From the NCBI GenBank assembly GCA_026023565.1, contig JAPETS010000005.1:620001-684000 (forward strand): DNA of 64,000 nucleotides. The letters are read 5' to 3'. The position numbers were made by a program, and so were the translations under genes. The notes beneath the pieces are model-generated. The model was given only the letters and a program-made list of their open reading frames with translations. It was not told the origin of the DNA and searched no databases. Origin of the DNA: Cirrosporium novae-zelandiae. Lineage: Eukaryota. Shown piece after piece: positions 10,695 through 23,324 of the stretch. Positions within the stretch are counted from its first letter, which is position 1. Every line of letters starts with the position of its first letter.

Positions 10695-11825
10695 ATGGAT
10701 GCTGAAAAGCAACCACATTACGAGGAAAACCTCTCATCAGAGGACTCCTCTTCTACAATTGAAACAACTTCCACTCTTTCAGCCGATGATACCATGGAGC
10801 CGGCTTCAACAAAAAATTCCCTTTCCCCTGCAGTCTACGTCGCTCTTTGGATGATTCTTAGCTCTGCAGTTATCATATACAATAAATGGATTCTGGATGA
10901 TGCTGGCTTTCCCTATCCTATAACGTTAACGACATGGCATTTGGGTTTCGCAACCCTTGCAACTCGCATCCTGGCTCGGACGACCTCACTTCTTGATGGT
11001 CGGAAGAAGATAAAGATGGATGCCCGAATATACTTTAGAGCAATAGCGCCCATTGGGCTTTTCTACAGCTTCAGTCTAATATGCGGCAACTTAACATACC
11101 TATACTTGTCTGTTGCATTTATCCAAATGCTGAAAGCGGCCACCCCGGTAGTGGTTCTCCTGGTGAGCTGGGCCTTTGGTGTGCTGAGACCAGATATGAA
11201 TAAATTCTTGATTGTCTGCATCATAGTAGCAGGAGTCTTCGTCGCATCTATAGGCGAAGTCAAATTCAACACCACCGGATTTCTTTATCAGTGCGGAGGC
11301 ATTGTTTTTGAGGCAACCAGGCTTGTCATGGTACAACGACTTCTCAGCCCGACAAAATATAAAATGGATCCATTGGTATCGCTATATTATTTTGCTCCGG
11401 TCTGTACAGCAATGAATATTCTCTTTGCAATTCCACTCGAAGGCGGTGAAATCCACATGAGACTGGTTAGACGTGTCGGGCTATGCCATTTTGTGGGCAA
11501 CGCATTTGTTGCATTTGCGCTAAATGTGGCAAGCGTTTTGTTGGTATGTTATTCCCCTCATAGTATTATTTAGTGAAACGGATCGCGGCTGACGACCTCG
11601 GAGATTGGCAAAACATCATCCTTAGTCCTGACATTATCGGGCATCCTGAAAGCGGTCCTCCTTGTTCTTGCATCTGTGATGATTTGGGGAACTCACGTAT
11701 CCTCCTTGCAAATGATGGGTTACGGGGTGGCACTTGTTGGCCTTTGCTTATATCAGACGGGATCGGATAGAATCCGATTGTTTCGGGTCCAAGGGTATTC
11801 GGGAAAGGGTGGTTCGATTGTTTGA
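10695..11825 (+). CDS. Nucleotide-sugar transporter, TPT family, GlfB/UgtA (UDP-Galf)/UXT-like (356 aa)
   Basis: Exon 10695-11543, intron 11544-11603, exon 11604-11825 (IGKTSSLVLTLSGILK...). PAVYVALW, LTTWHL, LLDGRK, YLYLSVAFIQMLKA and KMDPLVSLYYFAPVC match Aspergillus GlfB as I recall it. Confidence 0.85.
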
Positions 11826-12332
11826 GGCATGTGTAACAGTAATACACATCGAAGCAGGTTACGAAACTGGTGGGTGATAATTTAAACGCAAAGGCTTCCA
11901 GTATTCGTCATGAGAAGGAGGACTAGGTAGCAACCAAGGACATTGGATAAATGTTAGACAGGTATGGAGATCAGAAAAGTTAATATGAGAAAGTTGTAAT
12001 GACAGGTCGTGAATCGTAACAGAGTAAATGAGTTGAAGTTTAGTGAAGCTATGTTATAGGAATCTGGCTAGGATCTACATTAATTAATTATTAGTTTAAT
12101 TAAAGCAGTGAATAGCCGAAAATGGGCTTAGCGGACACCTGGTAAGGCTTGAATCCTCATCCCTCTGTACGAGTACTGTGTAACCAATGCTTCTGTAATG
12201 AATTAATTAACTATCAATTTACCTCACTTTGACCAGCAGTGCAATAGGAGGGTTTCCAAGAAGGGACGACTGGGCCCCACGCCTTGAAACGTTGAAATTC
12301 TAACTCTTTATCTATCTATACAGTGTATACAA

Positions 12333-13756
12333 TTAATGAAAATAATCATTGTACATATCCCAAAGCACTGGTTTCAGCATGCTCCACTTCTTTGCCAGAA
12401 ATGCGAATATCGGTGCACTTGTTCCACTTTTACGAAGCCAGTAAGCCAATATAGCAACCAATACAGCCATACCAATTGAGACTGCTGGCCTCTTGTATTT
12501 CTTCATGAGCTGGATGGCATCCGCGCGTCGCTTTTGCCACCTAAGTTCAATTTTCTGTTCTTCAAGAAACCATTCTCCGTCTTCTAATGTCTGGCGTGCT
12601 AATGGGTCTCTTGTCGTCTTTAAGACACTGTTGAGCGAGATCTGGCGCCATGCACCCCAAGGGAGAGATTCAGGGGGAAACTTGGTATATAATTCCATAG
12701 TCCTTGATATGAAAACTTCCAGATCCAACGGTTTCGGTAGTTTGGATAATATCGAGTGAAGCATCTCTGGCTCATCTAGGGGAACTCCCAGGAGCTCTGA
12801 CTTTCGAGAGAGAACAATTGCGACAAAAAGGTATATGGTAATGATAGCTTCGTGAGCGATAAGAAAGTCAAATAGACGAGCAATGTCGCCATACTCCTCA
12901 ATATCATGAGCGTAAAGGGTTAAAGTTGCTGCTAACGCAAAGAATGGCTGAGTGTGTGAGAGGTGCTTGTATAGCTTCGTATCTGCCTGTACAAGAATTG
13001 CAGGGATCAACTTTAAATGAGCGAGCGCTGGGTCGAGATCAGGAAGCATATAATCCCGGATCCTGAGTAGAGACAGACGTTCCAGCGCCGGAAAAGCAAG
13101 AGCAGGGCCAAGCACGAGGAGAAGCACTTGCACAATGTCGTGGTACCCTTGGAAGTAGCTAAGAGTGGGATGACAACGTAACGTTCTTGTAATCAGAGCT
13201 GATAGTTGCTCTTTACTGTGAGCTAATTGCTTTTCAGACTGGTCTGCTGGTGGGTTAACAAGAAAGTCAAATCACCCTTGAAAGAAGAATATAGATACCC
13301 GAAGGATAGTAGATAAATGACCTATCAACATCTAATTTGACTTGGTCTTCGTCCTTATGCCGAGGCAAATATTTCCACGCGTCGTCTATTTTGAGACCCT
13401 CCAAAGCAGACCCAAGTAAGATCGGCCCTAAGTGGAGCTGTTGTGAGTAACCACCCAAGGTTCATATTTAGAAAACTGCACTGGGAAGGCGTTCAAGCGG
13501 GTTGACTGGCCCTCAAACATTGGTGGTGGTTTAGAAGTACAGGATAGACAACAAACAACATACATGCTATTCTTCGCATGGTATCAGACCCCAGTCCATT
13601 CTTTGATGTTGCTAGGGTAATTAATTCCTTAATATCAGATTTCTGACATGCCCGCTCGATTTCCAGGTCTTTCTCTACCTTAACAACATCGACTGGTTCT
13701 TCCTTCTTTTCCTCTTCGGTCCCAGAGGAGGTCGGATAAGGGCTTTCGTTATCCAT
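12333..13756 (-). CDS. GYP8: TBC-domain Rab GTPase-activating protein (Gyp8/TBC1D20-like), spliced
   Basis: Motifs DEDQVKLDVDRSF, YFQGYHDIVQV, LRIRDYM, FFALAATLTLYAHDI; C-terminal TM; introns near 13563-13429 and 13299-13246. Confidence 0.8.
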
Positions 13757-13844
13757 TGTGCATATTTTAGTCTTTATCAGATTTTCTGTTGAAGTGTGTA
13801 ATTTGTTGATTCATCCCATCAAAGAAAAGTCTATTTAAAGGTCT

Positions 13845-13854
13845 GTCACGTGAC
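13845..13854. promoter_or_regulatory. GTCACGTGAC E-box palindrome (bHLH/Cbf1-type site) in the divergent promoter
   Basis: Perfect 10-bp palindrome about 90 nt upstream of the TBC gene ATG; function inferred only. Confidence 0.35.
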
Positions 13855-14332
13855 TAGGTAGGAACAACACCCTCCAACATCTTCAGCCAACTATAGGTGC
13901 CGGGGAGCTTTAGGAAATAATAGAAATGGTTAAAGACAATACCAAATCCAGCCCAGCTGGCACGCTGGCACGTGGCTGTCAACTATTAGAACGTTGTGTC
14001 TACATAATATCTACGCGCTTATCCATTGGACGCGGTAACCGAGTCTCAGTCGGAAAAACTAAAGTCCGTAGGCCTTGATCGTAAAGATTCATATATGGAA
14101 ATAAATAACTACGTTAATTCTAAGAGTATAAGGCGTTATAGAAGTGTCCACTTTCTTACAGTATGTTTGAAATAGGGATTTAAACGCCAGAACCCCTCCC
14201 GCTTCACCGTTTGTAGCTGCCATGTTGTAGGGAATCGGTATAAATACCTAGGCACCTTACAACGCAGGCTCCTTCAACCAAAATCGATTTGAGGGATAAT
14301 TCAAATTTAATCCAAAGGCCTCCTCAATAGCC

Positions 14333-17300
14333 ATGTCTGTTCAAACTCAAGAGTTTGTCGACGGGCAATGGACAACCCGGGAAATCAGTTTTGAAGAGAT
14401 CCTTGCCCGTAATCGCCCAAAAGGACCAGCAACGTTACCCAAGCATCCCCCCTCCCCTCCAACTACCGGTATATTGACTCGAACCATCGCTCCTTCGTCA
14501 CGTGTTCGTTGGATACTTCCTGCTCAAATTCGTCATCGGGACAAGAATGATGTCGTCTTTGTCTACGATGATTTTATTGAGGTCAAGGAGCTCCTTCTCG
14601 ACGGTCCCCAGGGGGAAATACCTGAGCGTTTGCAACCGACACCAAATGCACACTTGGAAAGAGTAGTGATTAAGTCTAATTTTGATTCAAAGATCTTGTC
14701 TGCGTGCGTGTGCGGGAGTCCACGGTTGAACAGAATAACTACACTTGATGAAACTATCAAGCATGAGGATGAGGATATCGAAATGGGCGAGGCACATGTG
14801 GAGTCATGTCTTCCTCCTCAAATGCTGGTTTTAACCCTAACGTCTAACGTTGTTGTCTTTCTATACATCTCTGAGATGGCTAGTGAACACTGCCAACTTG
14901 GGTTTGTCCACAAGGAATATCACCTTCCAACTGGAGCATCCCACTTCCAGCAAATTGGAGCAAGGTTAGCAATCGATAGCAGATCTCGCGCTCTTGCAAT
15001 TTCCGCAATGGAAGGTCAGTTCTTACTATGTTCTCTAAAACCACTAGACTTGCAGGCAGAGTTTTCCTCCGATGGTCCCATAGACCCTATCCGAGAAACT
15101 CTGATGTTCAAGGTTGACGGGAGAATTCTAAACATGGACTTCTTATACCCTCCGGGCTCTGATGACTGGACAGTCTACTTACTTTTACTGGTTGCTAAGA
15201 GCGACAACACCACAAGGATTGTCTGCTATGAATGGGATAGTGGGGCATCTTTAACAACTGCAGCGAGGCTGTCCACATCTGGGCAACCGCTCTTACTGGA
15301 ATCCGCTATTCTACTATTAATTCCATTACAAATGGCATCAGCATTTATGGTGATATGCGAGAGATCCATCACTATCTTTAGAGATGCCTTAACTGGCAAT
15401 GTTACTTCTACTTGTTTTCCGATCTCGGGAATACCCCCTAGCGACTCATCTGATGGGATAGGTAGGGATTACTACTCTCTCGGGAATTTGAATCTTGCTA
15501 ATTAGGGCAGATCCACTGTGGTGTCACTGGGCGCGGCCATTACGAGGCCCCAATCTGCAAAAGAACCACGGCATTGGTGACGCTCTCTACATCTGTAGAG
15601 AAGATGGTGTATTGCGTTTTCTAGAGATTGGACCTCGGCCTCCACTACTTAAAGCAAATACAGATGCTGGAGTATTGAATTGCTGCTTGGATACGGCCTT
15701 CACGATAATGAATCTTGACTATGAACGTGGGAGCTCAGATGTTCTAGTGGCCGGTGGAAGTATAACTGACGGCGGGGTTCATGTGATTACCGCCAGAAAA
15801 CCTCCACAATTACTCCACACTCTTGTTAATTGGTCCCCTGTTATGGATTTTGCAATAGAAATCATCCCTCGCGATTTAGATACTAGCATATACCCATCTA
15901 CTTCCAGGTATGGGGGAGCCGGAGAGACGCGTATTTTTGCTTGCACTAGCAAAGGGCAACACCATGGCACGGTGTCGGAAATACGTGTTGGGCTTGAAGC
16001 CCGTACTGGCCTGTATGCTGAAGAGGAGTCATTTGAAGGAGTTACGGGTATATGGGCACTGGCCGGTCAGGACACAGGCGCTTTTTTGCTACTATCGTAT
16101 CCTGAACGAACCCTGCTACTTTATATACAGGCCGACGGCTCCGAAATAGAGAACTTGTCTAGTAATGAGTTTACTGGGCTTCATCATGACGTCGAAACAA
16201 TTACAGCAGGTAATATCTGTGGTCGGGAGGCTGTCATACAGATAACACCTTATTTCGTTCAATTGACAGATTTAACAGGATCTGGTACATTAAAATCCGA
16301 AAGTTTTGGAGCTAATATGGAGAGAATTCTCATGGCTTGCATCGATAAAGAATCCTCAAGCTTTGTTACTGTGAAGAATGACCAGAATTCAACTTCCTTC
16401 ATTCTCGATCTATGCAAAGTTTCAAATGACACAGGTTCTTGGGACATTGTTAGATTAGATAACCCATTACTGTTATCCAAGGAACCTTCATGCTTAGCCA
16501 CTATAATTGACCAAGGGATACATTATATCTTTGTCGGAACTGTTGCAGGGACACTTCAAGTTTGTGAATATAGGACTGATATAAGCTCCGTCATTCCATT
16601 AGCAGAGCATAGATTGGTCGTTGACGCAAATGATACTGCAGGGGTCTGCGAGAGCATTGCATTCCTATCCGAAGGCGATAATCGCACTACTATCATGTGC
16701 GGCATGAGAGATGGAAACTTGTTGTTTCTGACATTTGATATTTCTACCCCTGAATCTATACTCGATCAAAAATCTTTCTCTATTGGTTCGACAGCAGTCA
16801 GGGTCACGATTGATAAAACGGATTCTAGGGCTGCCTTCGTTCACTCAGGCTCGCAGCTCTACCGACTTAAATACAAACGAAGCCCTCTAAGGTCGATGTC
16901 GCTAGATGACATTTACCTGACTGATATGAATCAAGTAAGTTGTTTCTTCTTCTTTTCCTCTCCTATTACGGCTACCTATCTTGTAATAATTTCCTAAGTA
17001 TGCATGGATTTGTCGTTGATAAATACCTCGTCGATTTGCTATGTCCCTATACTATCTTCCTTTGTTTGCTAAATATGTATCAATGCTTTAATTGTCATTG
17101 TTGCACTAACTAACCACAATGCAGCCTTCTTTTCAGCCAGGTCCTCTTAACTGTTTCTCCCAGGTAGAAATTGACGAGCGTGTTCCCAATAGACTCGGTG
17201 GATCATTAGTCTACCTGGCTCGGTCGCGGTTAGCAATAGCTACCTTGGATAAACTTCCAAAAATGGTACCTTATCGTGTGGCAGTCGATGGGTCACCAGA

Positions 17301-18552
17301 GAGAATCATTTGGTCTCAGCATCTTCAGGCCTTTTTAGTGGGGTGTAACATGACACGCTTTGGGTCAAACAGTGACTCATTTCTTGCCGTCATTATACCA
17401 GGCCAAGAATTGGAGATGAAAAGAGTTCAAACCTATCTGACTAGTTCAGAAGGATCATCACCACTAAAGCCGTTGTCGGAGAAATCTAGCCTTGGGGGTC
17501 GTGGGGAGAGAATCTCGTCAATGGTTGAATGGATGCCTACCTGCGATGGATGCAAATACCATCTTATCGTAGTCACCGTGTTGGGAGGACGTGAAGGTGA
17601 AGCATCTAGTAGAGGCTATATTCGCCTTTTGAAACCGAAATGGGTCGCTGATTGGCGAGAAAAACTTGACGTAACGGTATTGAAAACAACTCGTTATCCC
17701 GAGCCTGTCTACTCCGCTGCACAATTTGGGGTATGCTCTTTGGTATATTCCGTCGGGAAAAGACTAGTAATGACAAGGCTTCAGGAGAAGAAGTTAGTTA
17801 CGCTTGCAGTAGTGGAATTAAGGTCACCTGCTCTTCATATAACAACAAATGGGACATTCATCTATACTTCGACAGCTACCGATTCATTTTCTGTCTTCGA
17901 ATTTAAGGACGATAAATTTGTTCATCGAATGGGTGATGAAATCGCTCGAAACACGATTCACCATACCACTATTCCTGAGCAAAACCTTACCTTAGCTTCA
18001 ACTAGATCTGGTTCTGTAACCGGGTTCTACCATCTCGTGAATGACAGAGTTGATCCCTCTCATGCGCCTATTTTTGAGGCCAAGTTTCCTGCGATAATCA
18101 GCCGACTCCATGCTGTATCAAAGACCGAGGTCATCGGAAGTACTCCTGACGGCGCATTCTATAGCTTAAAGATACTCCCGGAACAAGATTGGAGGCTGCT
18201 TCGTTTTGTGCTGAATCTGGCGCAGCGGAGTTCCCTTATTTGCCCGCATTCGTTTTCTAGGAGCCAAATAACGTGCATTGAACCCCGCCAGCTCAGTCCA
18301 CGATCAATGCATGTAAATGGCGATATTCTTGAGAGACTTGCATTGCTAGGTCCTTCCCTTTTACGAAATATTCTACAATCAGAGCCGAACCCGTCATGTC
18401 CAGAAAGTGATTTCAGCACGGGGAAGGAAAGGGAAGCTCGGTTCATGGAATTAACTGAGCTTGTTATGGGCAAAACGCACGACCCAGTGGAGAGCTTCTT
18501 TACATATTTAAGGTCCTGGCTAACACATTGGCCATCTGCGCATGCAACATGA
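14333..18552 (+). CDS. MMS1/DDB1/RSE1-like beta-propeller protein (MMS1_N domain), 3 exons
   Basis: Three long consecutive ORFs joined by GT-AG introns (about 15462-15510 and 16935-17124); motifs RLAIDSRSRALAISA, ILNMDFLYP, NWSPVMDF, HVNGDIL. Confidence 0.75.
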
Positions 18553-19243
18553 TGATAACGAAGATAATGATTACTACAGTAAAAAAGCGTCGGAGCCATT
18601 AGGTGTTCCCTGGGCATGGATGGAGGAGTGTGTCGCAAGACCCCAATTGAACTGTGCAGGAAGTTTGTTTCATTTTTCTGAAATTCATATGTATATCATC
18701 AATGTCAGCAGCTCTTAATAAAAATTTCATATGCTTTTGTTCATTCCGCACTTAGTAATTCAACGGGAAATTCATAAAGCGTTCCAAGTCTAAGTTGAAT
18801 TATAGAGTAGCTAGTAGTTACCTAGGTACTGTACAGTACTGTAGGTAATTAGGTTTTATCAGGTTCACAGCTTTTAGGGTAACCGCGCACGGAACCCCAA
18901 CAAACAGATGCAAACAAGACGCCACGACTTGGTGGTCTGAAGAACAATACCTTCGTGGGTTGATCGTAGCAGCAATTCAGAAGGAAAGTAGTTGTATTTC
19001 GAGTACCCAGTACAACTTTACCAAGGCTCAGATGTCTGCATATTCATCTGACAATACCAAGGGCTTTTCGTCTGTTCCTACCTCGGCTGCTGCTCAATCG
19101 CATCCGAACCGCACTCCGACCTGAAGTTGCCACAAGGTCAATTTTCTACTACTTTTATTCTACCTCACGGAGAATTTGCTTTAAGCAAACGAACAAAGAC
19201 ATTTGATTATCTTACTAACAATAAGAGCCTACAATAAATTGAA

Positions 19244-22200
19244 ATGGCGCCTAAGAAGAAGGGGGGCAAAAAAGCCCATGACGATTGGGAGAATGAACTC
19301 GGTGAAACTATCGATCCTATCGCTCAAGCAACTCAGGATGCCAAGGATGCGGAAGCTGCCAAAGACGCTGCTGAAGAGGAGCCCGCAGGTGCCGGGGGGT
19401 TATTGGCTGCGCTGAAGAAGAACAAGTCAAAGAAACAAAAAAAAGGCAAGCCAGTGCAGGACTTTGTCGAGGGAGAGGATCCTACCCAAGTGGATGGCAT
19501 TGATGGGGGGGGTGCCCAAAATGGCAATATCGACATCACTGAAAAAGCCCCAGAAGAAGCGGACCCAGATGATGAATTTGCACTTCCCACGAAGAAAGGT
19601 AAAGGTGGCAAGGGTGGAAAACAGGACAAGAAAGACGAGAGCGCCGACCATGAAGAACAGGGAAATGGCCACATTCTGACAAAGAAAGAAAAAGAGAAGC
19701 TGAAGAAGGAGAAAGAGAAACAGCGGAAGAAGGAACAGGTACGTATTGAATTATATTTATTACCACCAACACCCAGTCGTGAAAGAGCTAATAACATATA
19801 TTCATTTTTTAGGCTGCGAAGAAAAAGACCGCTGCACCAGCACCCGATGCTAAACTCGAGCCTGAGAAACCTGTCGAAGCAGCCAAAGTAGCACCAGCGC
19901 CTATTGCGGAGTCTGGCGGGAAGAAGAAGAAATTACCTGCCCACCTAGCTGCCATTCAAAAACAGCAAGAGGCCCGCCGAAAAGCTGAAGAGGAACAGGC
20001 TAAGTTAGAGGTCGAGGAAAAGGCCCGATTTGAGGAAGAGCAAAGGAGAATAGCCGAGGAGGAGAAGAAACGGCAAGAAGAAAAGGAACGAAAGAAGGCA
20101 AAAGAAAAAGAAAAGATAGAGCAATTGAAGAAAGAGGGCAAGTATCTTACTCCTGCACAGCAAGCAGCTAGGGCTAAGGCTGAACGACGGAATCAACAAA
20201 TGCTTGCTGCTGGTGGAATGGTAGCTGCCTTATCGGAGGGTGCCCCAAAGAAGAAACCCGTATACGACAACAAGAAAAAGAAGAATAGTAAAAAACAACA
20301 GGAGGATGAAGCTGCTGCACTAGAAAAAGCCAAAGCCGAGGCCGAGGCCGAAGCTCGAAAGAGAGCCGAGGAAGAAGAAAAGAAGAAGCTGGAGGAAAAG
20401 GCTAAAGCTAAAGCTGTTGAGGCAGAGAAGGCCAAGGCCGAAGAGAGCGATGGGCTTGTCGATGACTGGGAAGAAGCCGCAAATGCTCCAAATGAAGATG
20501 TCAAGGATAGCTGGGATGCTCCCTCTGATGGAGAAGATACAAAGGCTGATGGAGCTTCTGCATCTGCTCCTACTTCAAAGGCGAAGGAAATGGCGGGCGA
20601 TGAATCTGAGTCAGATTCTTCGTCTGATGAAGAGGCAACTGCTACACAAAGGGTGGCGGCCCAGAAAAAGGCAGAGGCCGCGGAGAGAAGAAAGAAGCAG
20701 CATGACGACGCTATGGCTGCTCGGTCGAAAGATAATCTGCGTTCTCCTATCTGCTGTATTCTGGGACACGTTGATACAGGAAAGACCAAATTACTGGACA
20801 AGATTCGACAAACGAACGTTCAAGAAGGTGAAGCCGGTGGTATTACACAGCAGATTGGTGCAACGTATTTCCCTGTGGATGCTTTAAAGCAAAAGACCCA
20901 GGTCGTCAACAAAGATGGAAAATTTGAATTCAAGGTCCCTGGCCTGCTTGTTATTGATACTCCTGGCCACGAGTCTTTCTCTAACCTGCGGTCTCGTGGA
21001 TCATCCCTTTGTAACATTGCGATTCTTGTGGTTGATATCATGCACGGCCTAGAACCTCAGACCCTTGAATCTATGAGACTATTAAGAGATCGAAAAACAC
21101 CATTTATTGTAGCGTTAAACAAAATCGACCGATTGTACGGATGGAAAAAGATCGACAACAACGGTTTCCAAGACAGTTTAGCCATGCAAAACAAAGGTGT
21201 CCAGAACGAATTCAGAGACCGACTCGAAAAGACAAAACTCGAGTTTGCAGAACAGGGATTTAACTCGGAACTTTTTTACGAGAACAAATCCTTAGCTCGC
21301 AATGTCTCTCTAGTGCCTACTTCCGCGCATACTGGTGAAGGAATTCCTGACATGCTGAAGCTACTCACTTCCCTGACTCAAGAAAGAATGACCAGCAAGT
21401 TGATGTATCTATCTGAAGTTGAGTGCACAGTCCTTGAAGTCAAAGTCATTGAAGGATTAGGTACTACTATCGATGTTGTCCTTTCCAACGGCGTCTTACA
21501 TGAAGGAGACCGAGTAGTGCTTTGTGGATTGAATGGTCCTATATCTACGAATATTCGAGCACTTTTAACGCCTGCTCCTCTGAAAGAATTGCGCTTGAAG
21601 TCTCAGTATGTGCATAACAAGGAAGTCAAAGCGGCACTTGGTGTCAAGATTGCTGCCAATGACCTTGAACATGCTATTGCTGGATCTAGATTACTTGTGG
21701 TTGGGCCGGAAGACGATGAAGAAGATTTAGAAGAGGAAGTTATGTCTGATCTGGAGAGCCTTCTTAGCAAGGTCTCCAAAGATAACCGTGGAGTCAGTGT
21801 TCAAGCATCTACCCTCGGTTCATTAGAAGCTCTTCTTGAGTTCTTGAAGCAAATGAAGATTCCGGTTGCCAATATCTCTATTGGGCCCGTCTTCAAACGT
21901 GATGTGATGATGGCTGGTACCATGTTGGAGAAAGCAAAGGAGTATGCGGTTATGCTTTGCTTCGATGTCAAAATTGACAAAGAAGCCCAAGCATATGCCG
22001 ATGAGAATGGGATCAAGATTTTCACTGCCGATATTATTTACCATCTCTTTGATAACTTCACCAAGCATATGGCCGATCTTGCAGAGCAGAGAAAAGAGGA
22101 GAGCAAGATGTTCGCCGTGTTCCCATGCGTCCTCAAGCCAGTAGCTGTCTTCAACAAGAAGGACCCCATTGTTGTGGGTGTGGACGTTGTCGAAGGCAGT

Positions 22201-22583
22201 CTCAGGCTCTTGACTCCAATCGCAGCTGTTAAGAAGAATGCGGTGACAGGTGTAAAGGAAGTGGTTAATTTAGGCAGAGTGTATGTGTTTTGCCCCCTCA
22301 ATGTTCTGGCTCGCGCAACTAACAGAAAATCTGCAGGTCATCTATCGAACGTGACCACAAGCAAATTCAAGTTTGTAAGAAGGGTCAGCCTTCGGTGGCT
22401 GTAAAGATTGAAGGGCCGAACCAGCCGCTCTACGGACGCCAGTTGGAAGAGAAAGACACGCTCTACTCGCTGATCTCGCGACAATCGATTGACACATTGA
22501 AGGAATTTTACCGATCGGATGTACAGGACAGCGACTGGAAGTTGATCCGGGATCTCTTAAAGCCTCTTTTCGACGTTGCTTGA
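19244..22583 (+). CDS. FUN12: Translation initiation factor eIF5B
   Basis: K/E-rich N-terminus; G-domain [32 protein letters not shown]-terminal [13 protein letters not shown]; introns 19739-19812 and about 22281-22337. Confidence 0.96.
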
Positions 22584-23324
22584 GAGTCCTCGGGGCCAAG
22601 GCCTGTAATTTCGATTTAATGGCGCAATTAATGATTCTGCTGTGGATAAATGGACAATTGGTGGGTTCTGATGACATGATTATGTCATAATGTATGTGCA
22701 GAGCAGTCCGTGCAGCCCTACACACAAAGTATGTGAGAGGTGGTGAAAAGTTGACAATGGACGTAAGTGTTTTCCGGTGTAGAATAGTGTGTACCACCGT
22801 AACTGTATCTCCACCATAAAATCCCGAAATATACGGATAATGCGGATAACATGGTTATATCAAAATGACTGTAAGCTTGTCCATGGTTTGGCAATGAAGG
22901 AGAAATGGTTGGTGGGGTTGGGTTTGAGTGGTTTAAGTTGGGTTAAGCAGCTTATCGTATCCCTGTCGTTCAATCTGAGATGATTCGGAAGTCAAGTAGC
23001 CGAGATGTCCCATGTTCCGTTTGTTTGAAAAGAAACCGGACATCTTCCATGGCAACAAATTGAAAGCGCAATAAAAACCCAAGCTTCTCCTCTCCACATT
23101 CTTTATCTTCAAAAAGTATTAGGTCCCCCCAGTCACTTCCAGATCTCTCCTCCACTCTTCTCTGCTCAACATCTCTCTTCTCTATTTTGGATCAGCCTCA
23201 ACTCAATTGCTCTCCTCTGAACGCTGTCTCTTCTTTTTCGTCGTAGGAGCTTCCCGGCAAGTAGCCCAAGGAAGGACCAATAAACTCAATTTCGTACCTG
23301 CAGATCTCTTCTCAATCTCAAATA

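Noticed and set aside
16935..17124. Possible stwintron in the long MMS1-like intron (internal TAAGTATGC)
   Set aside because: Flanking bases do not rebuild a split donor or acceptor; a single phase-0 intron gives a continuous frame.
14333..18552. Three ORFs in different frames suggesting a frameshifted pseudogene
   Set aside because: Explained by canonical GT-AG introns.
20193..20801. 202-aa antisense ORF, and similar shadow ORFs over GT, LAT1 and SEC7
   Set aside because: Low-complexity mirror of the real coding strand.
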